Below, piece by piece: positions 10,418 to 23,943 of a stretch of DNA of 64,000 nucleotides. Within the stretch, counting starts at the first letter, position 1, and each line of letters begins with the position of its first letter. The stretch covers positions 515,481 to 579,480 of the forward strand of contig MU004232.1 of the NCBI GenBank assembly GCA_010405405.1, given 5' to 3'. This DNA is from Microthyrium microscopicum (lineage: Eukaryota). The notes under the pieces were generated by a model. It worked only from the letters and a program-made list of their open reading frames with translations. It searched no databases and was not told the origin of the DNA. The translations under genes and the position numbers were made by a program.

Positions 10418-13395
10418 CTACTCGCCCTTTTCGTGCTTGGTGGAGGTACGTTGCAGGGAGACGACTGTGATATAATGTTAGCCCCGCTTCTCTTCTGAAA
10501 CACGAAACAAAATTGCGAAACTTACCGAAATCTTCCAGCGAACGCTGCTTTGTATCCTTCTTTGGTGACTTGCCGTGCATCATATTGTCGAAAGCCACAC
10601 TGTCTTGAAGGAGGAAGTAAACACCGCCCATGACGCAGAAGACCCCAAATGAGAAGACCCAAATACGGACGACAGCGACAATGGAGGTGTTTCCACCAAT
10701 GAACCAACCGAAGAGTGTGAAGAAAGTGGCGATAATGTCGACGCAGAGGATGGCGCCGGACAATTGCCACGATGGGATACTACTCCAGAATGGGCCGTTG
10801 GCACGAGTGATGAAAATGAGCCAATTCTCGGAAAGAGAGATTTGGAGGAAGAGAACTTCGTCACGGACACCAAAGTTCTGTACGATACCACCGTTGACAC
10901 CCTGCTTGAGCACAGGGGACTGCTTTGGATCGGGGTAGCCGAACATGGTGGTGAGAGCAATCCAGGTACCAACGGCGAGAATAATTCCGAGCAAGACGGA
11001 CATTCCCCAGAGCTTGGGAAGGTTCCACTTGACGGGAGTTTTGGAAAATGGAGCATTGTCGTATGCAATAGCGAGGGTAGCTATATCAGCGAAAATAGCG
11101 ATGAAGACGACAAGCTCGAGGTTGAGAGATTCGTTAAGAATGGCAATCCAGAGACCCAAGAAGATTTCCAAATGAAGAGACAGGGCGATACGGTAGACGA
11201 CGTACGCGTACATACGATGGAAAATCTGGCGGGAAGTCTTGAGAGCATCAATGATGGCGGATAGACCAGGGGCAAGGAAGACAATATCGGCAGCAGAACG
11301 AGCAGCGTCAGAGGCACCCTCGACAGCAATACCAGTATCAGCCTTCTTCAGGGATGGAGCATCGTTGACACCGTCACCAGTCATGGCAACGAGATAACCA
11401 CGCTGTTGGAGAATTTCGACGACGTTGTACTTGTGTTGAGGGAAAACTTCAGCGAAACCATCAGCAGCTTCGACGAAATCGTAGACTTCTGAACCGGGCA
11501 TCTCTCCTCCACCACCAAGACCAAGACGCTCAGCGTTATAGACGTTGGTTCCGAGACCGAGTTGACGGGAGGTTTCACGAGCAATGCCGACGGCATCACC
11601 AGTCAACATCTTGATGGAGAGACCTAGGGTCTTGGCTTCGTTGATAGTGCGGTAGGTATCGTGACGTGGGGGATCAGAGCAAGGCATGATTCCGAGGATC
11701 TCCCATGGAGAGTTCTCACGCTTGCGAGCAACACCGAGGGAACGGAAACCGCGAGTAGCGAATTCAGCGACCTTGTTCTTGTAGGCATCATCAATTTCTT
11801 GTGGGACGCCATGGTCTTCCTCGACAGTTTTGAGAACGAAAAGAGGAGCACCCTTGACACAGATGATACGTTCGCCTTGGGGAGATTCGACAACGGCCTG
11901 GACCTTCTTGCTGACGGGATCAAAAGGATGGAAATCGACAACCTTGTACTTGGATAGGACACCTTTGGCGCGGGGATAATACTTCAATGCCTTGAGGAAA
12001 GCCTTGTCGATAGCATCAATACCCTTCTTCTTGCGGGAAGCAGCCAAGCATGCAGTCAACATGAGATCATCTGGTTCAACGCCAGCGACACAGAATGGTT
12101 CGGCAAGAGAAAGCTTGTTCTTGGTGAGCGTTCCGGTCTTGTCAGAGCAGAGAATTTCGACACCAGCGAGGGACTCAATGGCGGACAGTTTCTGGACGAT
12201 AGCCTGTTTCTTGGCGAGATAAGCAGCACCGACGGCCATGGTGGTTGTAACGACAGCGGGAAGACCGACGGGCACACCAACAATGGTGATGGCGAGGGTG
12301 AACTCGAGGATGGTGACGATGTGGTTGGATCGGTAGAAAGATGAAACCCAAACAACGAGAAGAGTCAAGATGACGAGAACCAAGAGAATCTGACCAATAC
12401 CGTTGAGCACTTCAGTGAAATGACCAGTACCACCTGAGGCGGAAGCGACAAGAGAAGCGGCACGACCGACGAAAGTGCTGTCACCAGTGGCGGTAACGAC
12501 CATAAAGGCCTCACCACGCTTGATAGCAGATGAAGAGTAGCAGGTATCGCCAGCATGCTTATCAACAGCAAGAGATTCACCAGTGATAGCGGACTGATCG
12601 ACTTGAAGATAAGCATCCTCGGTGACGATGCGACCATCAGCTGGAACGATAGTACCCTTGATTTTTGTTAGTTATATGCTGTTTAGGATATTGGAGGATT
12701 TGCTTACTTCTTCGATTTGAAGGATATCACCGGGGACAACTTCTGGGGACTCGATTTCGACAAGTTTGCCGTCACGAAGAACAGTAGCCTTAAGAGCGAG
12801 GGTCTTTTTCAACTCCTCGACAATGGAACCAGCTTGGTATTCCTGGATAAAACCGACGAAAGCGTTGAGCAGCAAAAGAGCGCAAATGACACCGAAATCG
12901 ACCCAATCCTGGAGACCAGCAGCGAGGACAGCAGCGGCCTGTGAATCTTATCAGTATGTGTTATGGACGAGGATACGCGAATTTTTTCAAAATCGTGTAG
13001 GGTTTTGCACGTACCTCCATGACGAACTGAATAGGTCCGACAAAGAAACCCAAAAACTTGAGAATCAAATTCTCCTTCTCTTCCTTCATTTGATTCATAC
13101 CAAACTTTTTACGACGGTTACCGACCTCGGCAGTGGTCAAACCGTGACGTGTGTCGGTTTGCAGCAGCTCTTCGGGAATGTTTCGCGCAGCACCGGCCTG
13201 AGTCTCCTCCTCCTCTTCATCAATTACAGCATCTTGAGACTCGAGCTCCTCAATGAGGGCATCAATGTCCTCATCCTCGTCCTCATCTTCTGGGACTTCC
13301 TTCTTGGTCGCTGGGAGGTGTTCACCGTTGCCTCCAGCAGCTACACCATGCTTCTCATCGGCCTCAATGGGCTGGTGGGTGGGTTCCGCAGACAT
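10418..13395 (-). CDS. PMA1: Plasma-membrane H+-ATPase (P3A-type), 4 coding exons
   Basis: Exons 13395-13015, 12938-12708, 12656-10526, 10464-10418. Motifs [32 protein letters not shown], and the C-terminal [19 protein letters not shown] regulatory tail. Confidence 0.98.
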
Positions 13396-13463
13396 GGTTG
13401 CAAAGCGCGAGAGCGAAAATGCGGTGGATACCGATGGTGTTGTAAAAGTGGACCAGAACTATG

Positions 13464-14100
13464 CTGAGGCAGGGTTAGTAAAGCTTGGGTGAGCTTGACG
13501 CGACGAATGAGCCAATGGGTGTAGATAAGCCAGCAGACGCGCGGATTGCCGGGCCAGAACGAAACAAAAAAAAAGCTCTCAATGGAACACTTTCCAGGAC
13601 GCCGAGGCTCAAAATAAAATATCAATGGAATACAAGGCAAAGAATTGAGCAGATTGCAGTGGTTGTTTAATGGGGAATGATGATGCGTGCGTGCCAGAGC
13701 TATTCAGAGCTTGCGGGGAAAACAAGAGTGCAGCGTGCTGGTGGAAGATAAGCGATTGGGTGAAGTCGTACCTTGGCAGCCGGACAGAAGAAGCTGTCGA
13801 CGCACTCTCAACTGACAATGCACGCGAAAAGGCCAGCAGCGCAGTGCAATTGCAATTGACCTATGAGCGTGATAGAGGGGAGATGGGGAGAAGGTGGTGG
13901 TTGGTGGTGTGAGAAGGAAGAGAGGAAGAAGAACAAGAAAGAGTGGTGGAGGAGAGGATGGGGGAGAGGAAGGAAGGAAGGTGCAGGTCGCTGATCCGGC
14001 AAGAGCGGAGAAAAGGCGAGGAAGCTGCGAGATCAAAAGGCAGGAAGGAACCTCTGAGAGCAAGCTGCAAGTGCAAGTGCAAGTGCAAGTGCAAATGCGA
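13464..14100 (-). promoter_or_regulatory. PMA1 5' region: probable 308-bp 5'-UTR intron, pyrimidine-rich tract and (TGCAAG)n repeat
   Basis: On the minus strand: GTACGA donor at 13771 and CTAAC...CAG acceptor at 13464. CT-rich tract at about 13875-13980. TGCAAG x4 plus TGCAAA at 14066-14095. Confidence 0.5.
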
Positions 14101-17100
14101 GTGAGTGCTAGAGAAAGAGCAACGCGTGGAGACAGAAAAAGGCAAGCGCAAGCCAATGCAAATTGAGCAACAGCAAGCTCTCCTTCAAGCGTGGAGCGTG
14201 TGTAGGTACACACACAAGGAAGACAAGAAAGTGGCGATGGGGGTCCCTGCACCGAGAAAGGCTCAAGCAGATGCACGTTCACACGACGACTTACCTTTGG
14301 TGGGCGCCCGACAAGTCAAGTCGCACGGATTGTCGATTATTTGTCGATGCTTGGGGGATGCTTGGGAATGGCTGCGAGCGAGCAAATGCTTGATTGATGA
14401 GCTTGTGAGCGTGGGTAGACTTTGCACACTGAGTGGAGTTTGGCCTGTACAAATCGAGCCTGGCTGCTTGCTTAGCTTGATTACTCAATTGCCTTTACAC
14501 CTCTCTAGCTCCAAAAAGGCGTATTGATGGCTCGCCTTGGCTGGACTTTTATGATTGAACTTACTGCTGACTCTATCAATTGTGAATATCGAGTATTCGA
14601 GATATAATATCTTTCGCCCTCTCTCTTTGTTATTTTCTGCTCCCACGCGTTAGCTTCTCGGATCATGACAGCGCGCTCGACTCAATCTACGTACAGAGTC
14701 AATGGCTGGGATGGACCTGATTCGCGCAAGCAAGCTCCGCTGTTGCTAACGGTTTGGGCGCGCCGGGGTCTGCAAGCTCTTGCAGCAAACTGACTGGGAT
14801 CTTACACCTTGAAGCTTGCAGCCGAAAGGTCGAGCTTGTCTCTCAAGATGAAGACTGACTATTTTCAACACCACTCAATGGCTTCTGTCCACGGACGCAA
14901 GTTGTTGTCGAGTTTGTAGGAGTGGAGAGGGGAGAGTCGGCAACAAAGAGGTGAAAAGAAGAAAGCTGTTGCAGACGAGGTTTCGTGCCAATTTTATGTT
15001 GATCTGATAATCCGGTGCGCAACGGTTGACTTCCGCTGAGTTGCAGGGAAGCACTAGGAAAGCAACGGGGGAGAAAAAGCCGCACTATGCGGATGCTGGA
15101 CGACCAACGAGACGAGTCTTTTTTACTGCGTTCCGTAGAAGAACGATAGGCACGCTGTTTTTCTCTCTGGGCTCATCCACTTCGCCTGTGTCTGGCCACG
15201 GCAGGCGAAAAGCTTTACTGATCAAAGCGTAGGCTAAACTGCGTTAGAAAACACGCCAGGCGTAGATACGCAAATGACGCTTCAAGCTCGGGCTGGGATA
15301 GCGCAAATTGAACGGGCGTGTATCTCTGATGATACCAAATCAGTTGGCTAAATCGTCGGTAATAATTGCACGCTAGTATCCCGCGCGAACTTCTGTGCGT
15401 CGGATCCGTAGACTCTCTTTTGCTGGCAGCTGCGCGGTAGACAACTATTGGATCTTCAGTATTTCCTCGCTCTCGACGCCATCTCCGCTCAAGTTGTCTG
15501 CTAATTTACTGAATGCTACAATGACTGACTGTTGTTGTCTGAAATCGTCGCGTAAAGATAGCAAAAACATTGGAGCTTGGGGCAAGTAACGCACCAGTCA
15601 GAGTCAAACGCGACTTTTGAATTTTGATAAGATTGCCCAAATATAAGCGGAGAGGTTCCGGTTCGGCAAAAGCTCTCTCGCAAAGTTGCAAGGGCAGTAA
15701 AACAATCGACCTCACGGTTCGCTGTCGTCACAATCTGGCTGAACGCCCTCACTCAAAGAAACGTGGGAGAGCACAGACTTTGCAGACGTTACAGTCAAGG
15801 CCTGCCAGTAATTGTTCGCAGCTTGGGTTGCTTAGGTCTGTATCAAAACTTTGCCTGATTCGATGCGTACGGTATTGTAGGATGTGCGATTTTTCCGATG
15901 GTGAGATCAATGATGAATGATGGACAGAAAAAAAGAAAACAATCTGCGCCAGGCACTTGGAAAGGCAATGTGCATAAAAAATCTGCTGTCGATGGACTTG
16001 ACGACGGCAAACAACAGCTCCAGGCACGCAAGGTACCGATAGAATGGAGGGAGAGGGGGCGGTTAGAAGAATCACGGAAAGCAGCATCAAAAGACTCAAG
16101 GACAACTCTACTTCTTTAACCCTTCGAACGCTCCAGCCAGTCCATCTTTACGAAGCGCGGATAGTTGTACAACACCAGCGACAAGACTCTTCGGTGCTTC
16201 ATCAAGACTTCACTTGATGGCCAAGATGCATCCACGGGGTGGAACGACCAGCTCGCCCAGAGCTTGGCTGTCTCGCACAGCACACAAGAACTCTGGTCCT
16301 AATGTTCAAGAAACTCTTGTCTATATTGCAGATTAGCCGCCATGGACAATCTTTGACTACTACCTCTGTAGTAATGTAGATTTGCGCCGAGGATAAGTCA
16401 CCTTCCTCCAACGTCGAATTGAGGGCCAAATTCAATATACATCGCCAATGGCTTCAAGATTGATACGCTAGCCAAATGACTGATTACACCAACAGCTGAT
16501 CCTGGGCAGAAAACAATAAACAAGGATTATTAAAGTGGCCTCAATCAAGGGTACAGAGAGCTTCCATGTGCAGATTCCATCGACTGAGAAACATAATCGT
16601 TACTCATGAAAATCCGCCCAGCCTCTCGACTTGATGAAACAAAAGAAACCGCTTTCCTGCATGGGATATCATCCATGATCCACCAAGGTTCTGGTGGCTT
16701 GGACGACACGCATTTTCAGAAATGTTTCTCTCCAATTCTTCAGGCGAACCATTGCTGGAAGTGCTGTGGAAATGTTCCGACATGTCTTGCTTGTTTGTGT
16801 TGCCTTTCTGGAACCGCCAAATTCTGCCGTGCCTAGGCGCTGTTACTACCGCGATGAGAGCGATATTGGATATTTCGCCTGTTCCGACCATGCATGGAAG
16901 GCAACAGAATCAAGAACAACACCTGAACTGCCCAATGCTCAATGCCATGCTGCAAGGCACGAGCAGTATTCTCCAGCACGGTGTAAATCACAGCCCAGCA
17001 TTAACTTATTAACATAATCTTTAAATGTATAACATGTAGCCGATTGGACAATTGAGGCTCTTTGACGGAAGCTCTCGGACTACGGTCAACTACATGCAGC

Positions 17101-18064
17101 CAGCGTTCCCCAGTTCCAAAAGGGAATATTCTATCACGAGACAAAGCTTCTACGAACACAATTCCCGCGCGAATTATTCCCATAAACTAGAAGAGTAATG
17201 GGAACGCTTGAGAGACCAGTGCCGCTCAAAAGTGACGGGTTCAAGGCCATCTCAAGGCTGATTTTGACGGTACTTGGCTGACCATTCTGGCGGCTCTTGG
17301 TATCGGATGCAGATAGTGTTCGCTACCTAGTCTGTTTCGTGTTGTTTCCTTAAGCTAGGCGAAAGCTATGCCTTAAGATCTTCTTGATATATGCCCAGCA
17401 TAAGTGATTTTCGAACAAATTTTTTATACTAACAGCAGATCCAGCTGTACTTTTGCCTCGTCTCACCATCAAGGCGATCTAGCAGGCACAATTCCCATGG
17501 TATGCCAAATCGGGGAGCTATTCAGCTTGAAGAAATAATGCACCTTAACGGCGATTAGTTGATCATCCAGGTTCTGCCATTCGTTACATGCCTCCGTCCA
17601 TATCGTTCTTGGGATTATGTATACACTTCAAGGTCTTCCCTTGTCAACTAAACACGTTTTCAAGACCCTGTTCACTACGCGAATAGGGCTTGGCTGATTC
17701 AACAACCAATTGCCCAAAGTATGCCCTCGCTACAAGTATCATTGGCATATCTTCACCTAAACTGAGGTATCAAATATCAACAGATGACTTCGTATCATTT
17801 GGACGTTATGCATTGGCCCTTCAACTTTCTCACCAGCCTTCTGAATTTTCTAATGCAGTTCCACGCCACCGATGTAATCTACACATGCGCGTCCTAGCGG
17901 CGTCCACGCTAAGGCGGCTTGACGGCCGAGACATGCAGGTCTCCACTTGGTTTGCATGATCCTCCGTAAAGAATGGAATCTTATTGGCTCAGCGTACAAA
18001 TTGAATAAAGTTTGTCACTATTTGGATGTGGGTGGTGTGGGTGAAATCGCTGACTACATCTCTA

Positions 18065-18303
18065 CCGTAAAGATCGATTCTCACGGGTTCTAGCTATTTG
18101 GCGTTTTTCGTGGCTTCATAATTCTCAATTTCTATACCACATTTTGAAAACGGGGCGTTGAAGTGCTTGCTTTGACTGTCACTTAGCTATAATAAGTTTA
18201 GTTTTAACACATTTTGGACGCCTCTTGGACGCCCCACAAGCCATCTGGCAAAACCCAGCACCCTCACTGGGGACCTAGAACCCGTGAGAATCGATCTTTA
18301 CGG
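18065..18303. mobile_element. MITE (Tc1/mariner/pogo-type), 239 bp
   Basis: Perfect 29-bp TIRs CCGTAAAGATCGATTCTCACGGGTTCTAG (18065-18093 and 18275-18303), with TA duplication at 18063-64 and 18304-05. Confidence 0.9.
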
Positions 18304-20918
18304 TATCTCTTGCTGTGTAAGAGCTGTGAGAGTTTCTACATTAAGGTATCAAAATCAGATGTATAACATCCTGTCTACTTCGTACCTATTTGGAAGGATG
18401 GCAGCCGCTTCCTTTGAAGGTTTGTGGTGTTGAACACGCACAATTCGGCAAATACACTGTCATTGCTATTCGGAATATGGCCGCGATATAATCCCACGCG
18501 GCTCCGAAGGTTGTATGCCGGCCTCAATCTTCATTGTTCACCGACATCACGGCAATTTTGAGCCCGAGTGCTCACTTTTGACAATTGGAGTCCTGATTCT
18601 AGGGGGCCAGCTGTCTTGGGCAAAAATAACGCACTCAGCTTTGCGGGTATTCGGTTATGACTTGAATGCAGAGGCTGAGATACTGTCGATGATCCTAGAA
18701 GCATTTGACAAAGGTTGTCTCCAAGGTACAACCACAACTCGATCATCTCGTTGATTCTAGAGATATCGAGACTAGGCATAATCCTTTCACCATCTGCCGT
18801 GGACCCGTGGTAGGCTAGCACTACTTTATTTCCTTGGCCGGAGCTTAACCAACGGTACCATGAATCCGTGATCTCGACGAGGGATTATTCCCCCAACGCA
18901 GAATTCTTTGAGCATGGAATTGGGAAAGAATTATGTCAAACGACCATTTACCGCTTTTAGGACCCTTGTTTTCCGTTCCTGCATACTAAAGAACGCATCG
19001 TAAAAGTCGTCTATCGTGGCAACCGTTGCATCAATCCCGAAAATTGTACCGACTGTTAGCCGATTAGTTCACATCCACTCCGATATATCCTCTACCCTCG
19101 GATAGCAACCACGAGACATATTCACCATGACCAATTTCCAGCAGTAAATAATTCCAGCGAAAAGTGAAACCTTACCGCCTTTTCTCAATTGCCTCTTTGC
19201 TTTTGCCGCTCCTTATAACGGCTGCGCAATACGTTACGCCACATATCAAACTCCATCCCTCAACACCATACGGTAAGCAAGCCATCTCCCTTACACAGCC
19301 AAGCACAGATCTGCCCTCCGCCGCCGCAATGCACAGCATCCAGATCTCAGCCGTTGGACAAAATAACTATCAGCCGCTCGCCAAGTTGTTAGGAGAGACT
19401 GGGCATGAAGCCAAGATCTCCAAGACGTGCCTCCGCCTGGCGGAACCGTGCTTGTATCACCAATAGTGCCTTTGCCCAGGCTTATGATTGCTCATGTCAA
19501 AATATATCGATCGTGATACTGTGATACATTGCACTCGGCCTAAACGTGCCACATTTAGAAACTGCTCGTTCAGAGACCAAGAGTTCTTGGATGGGCGTAT
19601 GGTTTGGATTGGTGATCGTGCTTGTGAAACATTGAAAATCTTCCAAGACTCCAAGATGGTGATGTGACATTGCTGTACTCATATCCGCTCTTGGCCATGC
19701 TGGTGCCCTGGAAGGGATGATTGGTATGCTGTAGATTCTCAGTGCTTCCAGATGCATGGTGATCGAAACGATACTCCTTGAAGGTTTTGTTCATAACTTC
19801 ATATTATGGAACAGCCTCCAGGTATTCATTCGTGCGATTATGAGCTGTGACATGTCGCTGATCCCAGATATTGATTCCAACAAGACCGTCTAGAGTTTAC
19901 TTCGTTGGAATTGTTTCATGTCCGAAGTCTATATTTCGTCGATGAGCTGAAGTAAGCTTACGCTCAAATGTTATCTTTAGTGTAACTTCATAGCTCCGAT
20001 TAGATTCTTGAGGGTCTAAGGGTAAATTGTAAGATCTTGCCCAGATGCGTACTGTAAATCAACAACCCAGTAGGGTTTTAAGATATTGGTCCTGGTATAA
20101 GCTACCAAGTCTTGGCTCATATACGCCTAAACGACTTTGACATGTCCGCTGTCTTGTCCCAATATCAAGCAAGACGATCGTGAATTCTTCTAGAGCTTCT
20201 GAAGAGGGTACGGTTTTTGCCTTTGCTATAACCAAGCCCGCAATTACTCAGCTCGGGCTAAATCTTGAAGCTTTTCACTATTGCCCTTCAACACGGGGAT
20301 ATGTGTCGTCGCTACGATGAACCGAGTTGAGCTGTGCAAGGGCACAGATTATCCGCACTACAGTTGATTCAGACTCTCTCAAGACTCAGTGTTTCTTGGC
20401 ACATATATCTTGAGGATTGTGCGTCGAGGGATGGTAGTAACGAGTTATATCTACTGATCTTGGCCCATCACTGGTACTTTGCTGTTGATTAGGCGCCCAA
20501 ATGTTTCCAAGGATAACATAATATGGTCTTTGGCTTGAGGAAGACCATGAAGTTACTTAGCGCTCTCTTTGAGCGCCAGTGCCCAGGCCAAAATGCTCTG
20601 CTCAGCGGACCTATAGGTAAAAACGAGGTTCTTGTATTCCGGTCACGAATTAAAAATTGAGATCAGAAAGCAGACTCGACCTCCGGCACGTCTCATGTGA
20701 TTACACTCTCAAGACCAATACAGTCACATTCAAACGTTAGTGTTACATAAAATAGCGGACTGAGACAGAAAATATATGCTTTTTCAGGTTTAACAAACAA
20801 AGCCCGGCAAGATCAGTCTGATCTCTAGCCTAGCTTGACAAGTAGCAATAGCGATTAGAATTATTCCAAAACCTGGGCTGGCAAGACGCTTCAAAGGCCG
20901 AAAACGGAAAGTGAAATA

Positions 20919-22793
20919 TTACTTCTAGGAAAGTCAGCTATGAAAACATTCCCGCGAAGATCAAATGATGTAGGTGCCACTTACCGTGCATTGTCCAAAA
21001 GATCTTTGACATCCTGTAGAGCAATATGCTGACGTGCTGCCGCTACCAACTTGTTAGATTATTTAGTATCGCGAGTTCAACGATAACTTACCAATAGCCA
21101 GCGGGGGAGCAACAACTTCCAAACTCAGAGCCGATACAAGTGAAGCCATTAACTCCACCGCAAGATGCGTCAAGGCTGACGGGTTTACCCTTGCCACCGG
21201 TGGGAGTGATACCGCATGTCCCGAATCCTGATTGGCATCCTAACATCAAGCGTCAGCATGTCTTCCAGTGCAATATATTGAAGTTCCATAGTAGAGACAT
21301 CCAGTCCCTAGAGCGTATGCATGTATATGGGGTCCTTACCAGTTCCACAATGTGCGGTCGAGGATCCACTGCAAAAGTTAGACTGACCTCGAGTTAATCA
21401 GTTTTATACACTCACCACCAGCCATTAACGCTACAGCAACCGCCGAATTGAGATCCTTTGCACGTAAAGCCGCTTTTTGTCCCGCACGTGGCGTCTACCG
21501 AGACAACTGATTGCGGTACAGTGCCAGGCGGTGGTGCCACTGGACTAGAAGTCGGCGCCAATGTTGGTGCCGCAGTTGGAGGAGCGGTTGGTGCTGCTGG
21601 TGGAGGTTGTGTTGGCGCAGAAGTTTCGAGAGATCCTCCTCCAAGAGTTCTGTACCAATTGGCAGGATCGTCGCCTAAACATTCGCCGACAGTGACGGAC
21701 TTGTATCCGAGCTGTGTGAAGGTCGAGAGCATAAACTCGGTGAGATTGTATGCGGTCTGGTAGTGAATGTCATGGGAGATGCTCAAGAAGCTTCCGCCCT
21801 TGGCTGCTGTCTTTGTGGTCATGTTTCCGAAAAAGTCAATCTTGGAGGTCATGATCTTGTTCGGGTCGTCGTTCAGATAGTCCTCCGTGTCCAAGTCAAA
21901 GTATATCACATGGTAACCTAGATCCGCAAGATCTTTTTGACAAGCATTGGTGCAGCTACTGTAAGGCGGTCTCATGTATGTGGGAAAGAACCCGAGGATG
22001 TTGTTGAGAGCGACTTCATTATGATACATCTGATCAAGGCGCTGAGCTTTAGTGATCAGACTTAGATCTTGGTGACCCCATGTATGAGAGGCGATTTGAT
22101 GGCCACTAGCATATGCGCGCTTGATTACACTGGCCCAGGGGTATGCCGCATTATCGATGGGTCCTTTGCCAATGTTGTTGCCAGTAATGAAAAAGGTTGC
22201 TTTTGCTTTATACTGATCGAAGAGATCTAGAACGTGACTTGTGTAGCTGTTTGGGCCGTCATCAAAGGTGATCGCAATATTTCCGGGTTTCTACAATTTT
22301 AGCATCATAAAGCGCACGATAATGGGATCAAACTTACAACACAGCTGTAAACACCAGCGCCACCATATGGCACATCTCCTATTTTGGTTCTTTGAACACT
22401 GCGCGTCAAAGGGCCATTGGGAACCATCAGTGTATCGCAGCCATTGCCGTAGTTGAACTGGCAGTCTGGCGCCGAGCAGTAATCTATGCCTTTACCACAC
22501 CAACCGGCAGCAGAGCAGCAGTATCCATTAGCACAAGCCCCAGGTCCAGAACCGCATTCTCCATCGATGTTGTCATTATTTTGACGTCGACTCAATCGAC
22601 TATGCTGTGACCAAACTTGAGACCTTTCCACACCAATTGTGCTTGCATATTGGCCGGGTGAGAGGCGCTCCTTCAAAACCTGGACAGCGCGGCTACCAAG
22701 AAGTTTTGGAAGTCCTTCATTTTCGGAATAGTGAGCATTGGTGAGAACGGGCAAGGCTGTCAAAGACGCAGCCAACATCGAAATCCAAATCAT
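20919..22793 (-). CDS. Secreted chitin deacetylase (CE4/NodB) with one N-terminal and two C-terminal CBM18 hevein domains
   Basis: Signal peptide, then CGSGPGACANGYCCSAAGWCG hevein domain. After intron 22337-22291 come TFDDGP, HTWGH, MRPPY, DTEDY and SHDIH, a P/T/A linker and two intron-split hevein domains. The last micro-exon (AAG TAA at 20924-20919) is tentative. Confidence 0.9.
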
Positions 22794-23943
22794 GGCTCCA
22801 GTTGCAACTTGCTAGAATACGTAAAACACGCAAGGCTAAAGGCTAAAAGGTGGAGAAAGATGTTGTGGTTTAAATAATCAATTTTATATTAACGAGTGGA
22901 CGGTCCCGAAGAACCAGTAAATAGCAGCAAGCACGAAAAGTCCCCTATCCGGGACGTAGATGGAAGCAAAAGAATTATATCAAGTAGTAGAGAATAGGCT
23001 GAGTTCTCATTTTAAAGAATCACAAACAATACAAATGGCCTGGGCAGCAAGAACACGACGCAAGGATTCAACGTACTCGCCGTACACTTTAGAAATTGAT
23101 CATTTCTCTCACCACCTATGTAGAAGATCGGAGGCTAATAGCTCATCCCTGAACGGTTCGCCCTAACTTAGAAGATTTTTAGTAACAGAGTCGAAGCTTT
23201 GACAAGTACGGGGCGCTCGTTCCAAGGCACAGGAAATCTTCCAATATGAATGCCCTGTCGTAGCCATAAAAATATATTGAGTAGCCCCGAGACGAATTGG
23301 CTGGATCTATTGACTTAGTACCTCATATTCTAAGATAGTATATTGTAAATGAGCGGGGAGGCTCGAGTTACACAGCACGAGTTCTAAGCATATCGGAAGC
23401 TACTTCGAGGTCGTGTCACTATAGGTGCAGTTGCAGAAGTTCAACTCACCAATTTCAGGCCTTTTTGGGGTTCAGTTAGATGTCCAGAGTCTTGTTAACC
23501 ATTTACTATCCCATCATCACTGCAGCAACTTTTATATATAGCTCTTCCTGACTTTCTCATTACTACCAGGCAGGTCCTTCCGGAAATGAGGTCATCTAAT
23601 GGCAGTGTGTTCGAGGGACATTTCCTAAAGAATTTCGATAGAAGCGTTTAGCTTACAGTCTAAGCAAGAAGGAAGAAGTTTGAGGTAATGATTTCATTCG
23701 TATCTCCACCTCGTATTTAATCGCAGTACATGAATTTGGAACAACGACTGTAACAATGGCTGCTAAGCAGCGAGACATATTGACCGATGTCAAGTATAAC
23801 AAATCAAGCAAAAGACAAGTTAAAAAAACAACGAAGATTCATCAAGCCCATAGTCACGCAAAGAGCGACTCGCAAAATCCTTCGGCGCAGTCAGAATTTC
23901 ATGTCCAGCACATGGAGTTCAAGTTCAGAGCACAAGCTTCTTA

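Noticed and set aside
10522..13492. Many overlapping ORFs within PMA1, and likewise within the DUF2828 and M13 genes
   Set aside because: Shadow ORFs caused by codon bias in real genes. No independent motifs.
13670..16119. Low-complexity ORFs upstream of PMA1 (CTCTCT, QVQVQV, HLHLHL)
   Set aside because: Translations of the promoter CT tract and the TGCAAG microsatellite, not genes.
19164..19466. Signal-peptide-like ORF (KPYRLFSIASLLLPLLITAAQ) suggesting a small secreted protein
   Set aside because: It starts at GTG, not ATG, and I could not build a convincing spliced product. At best a relic.
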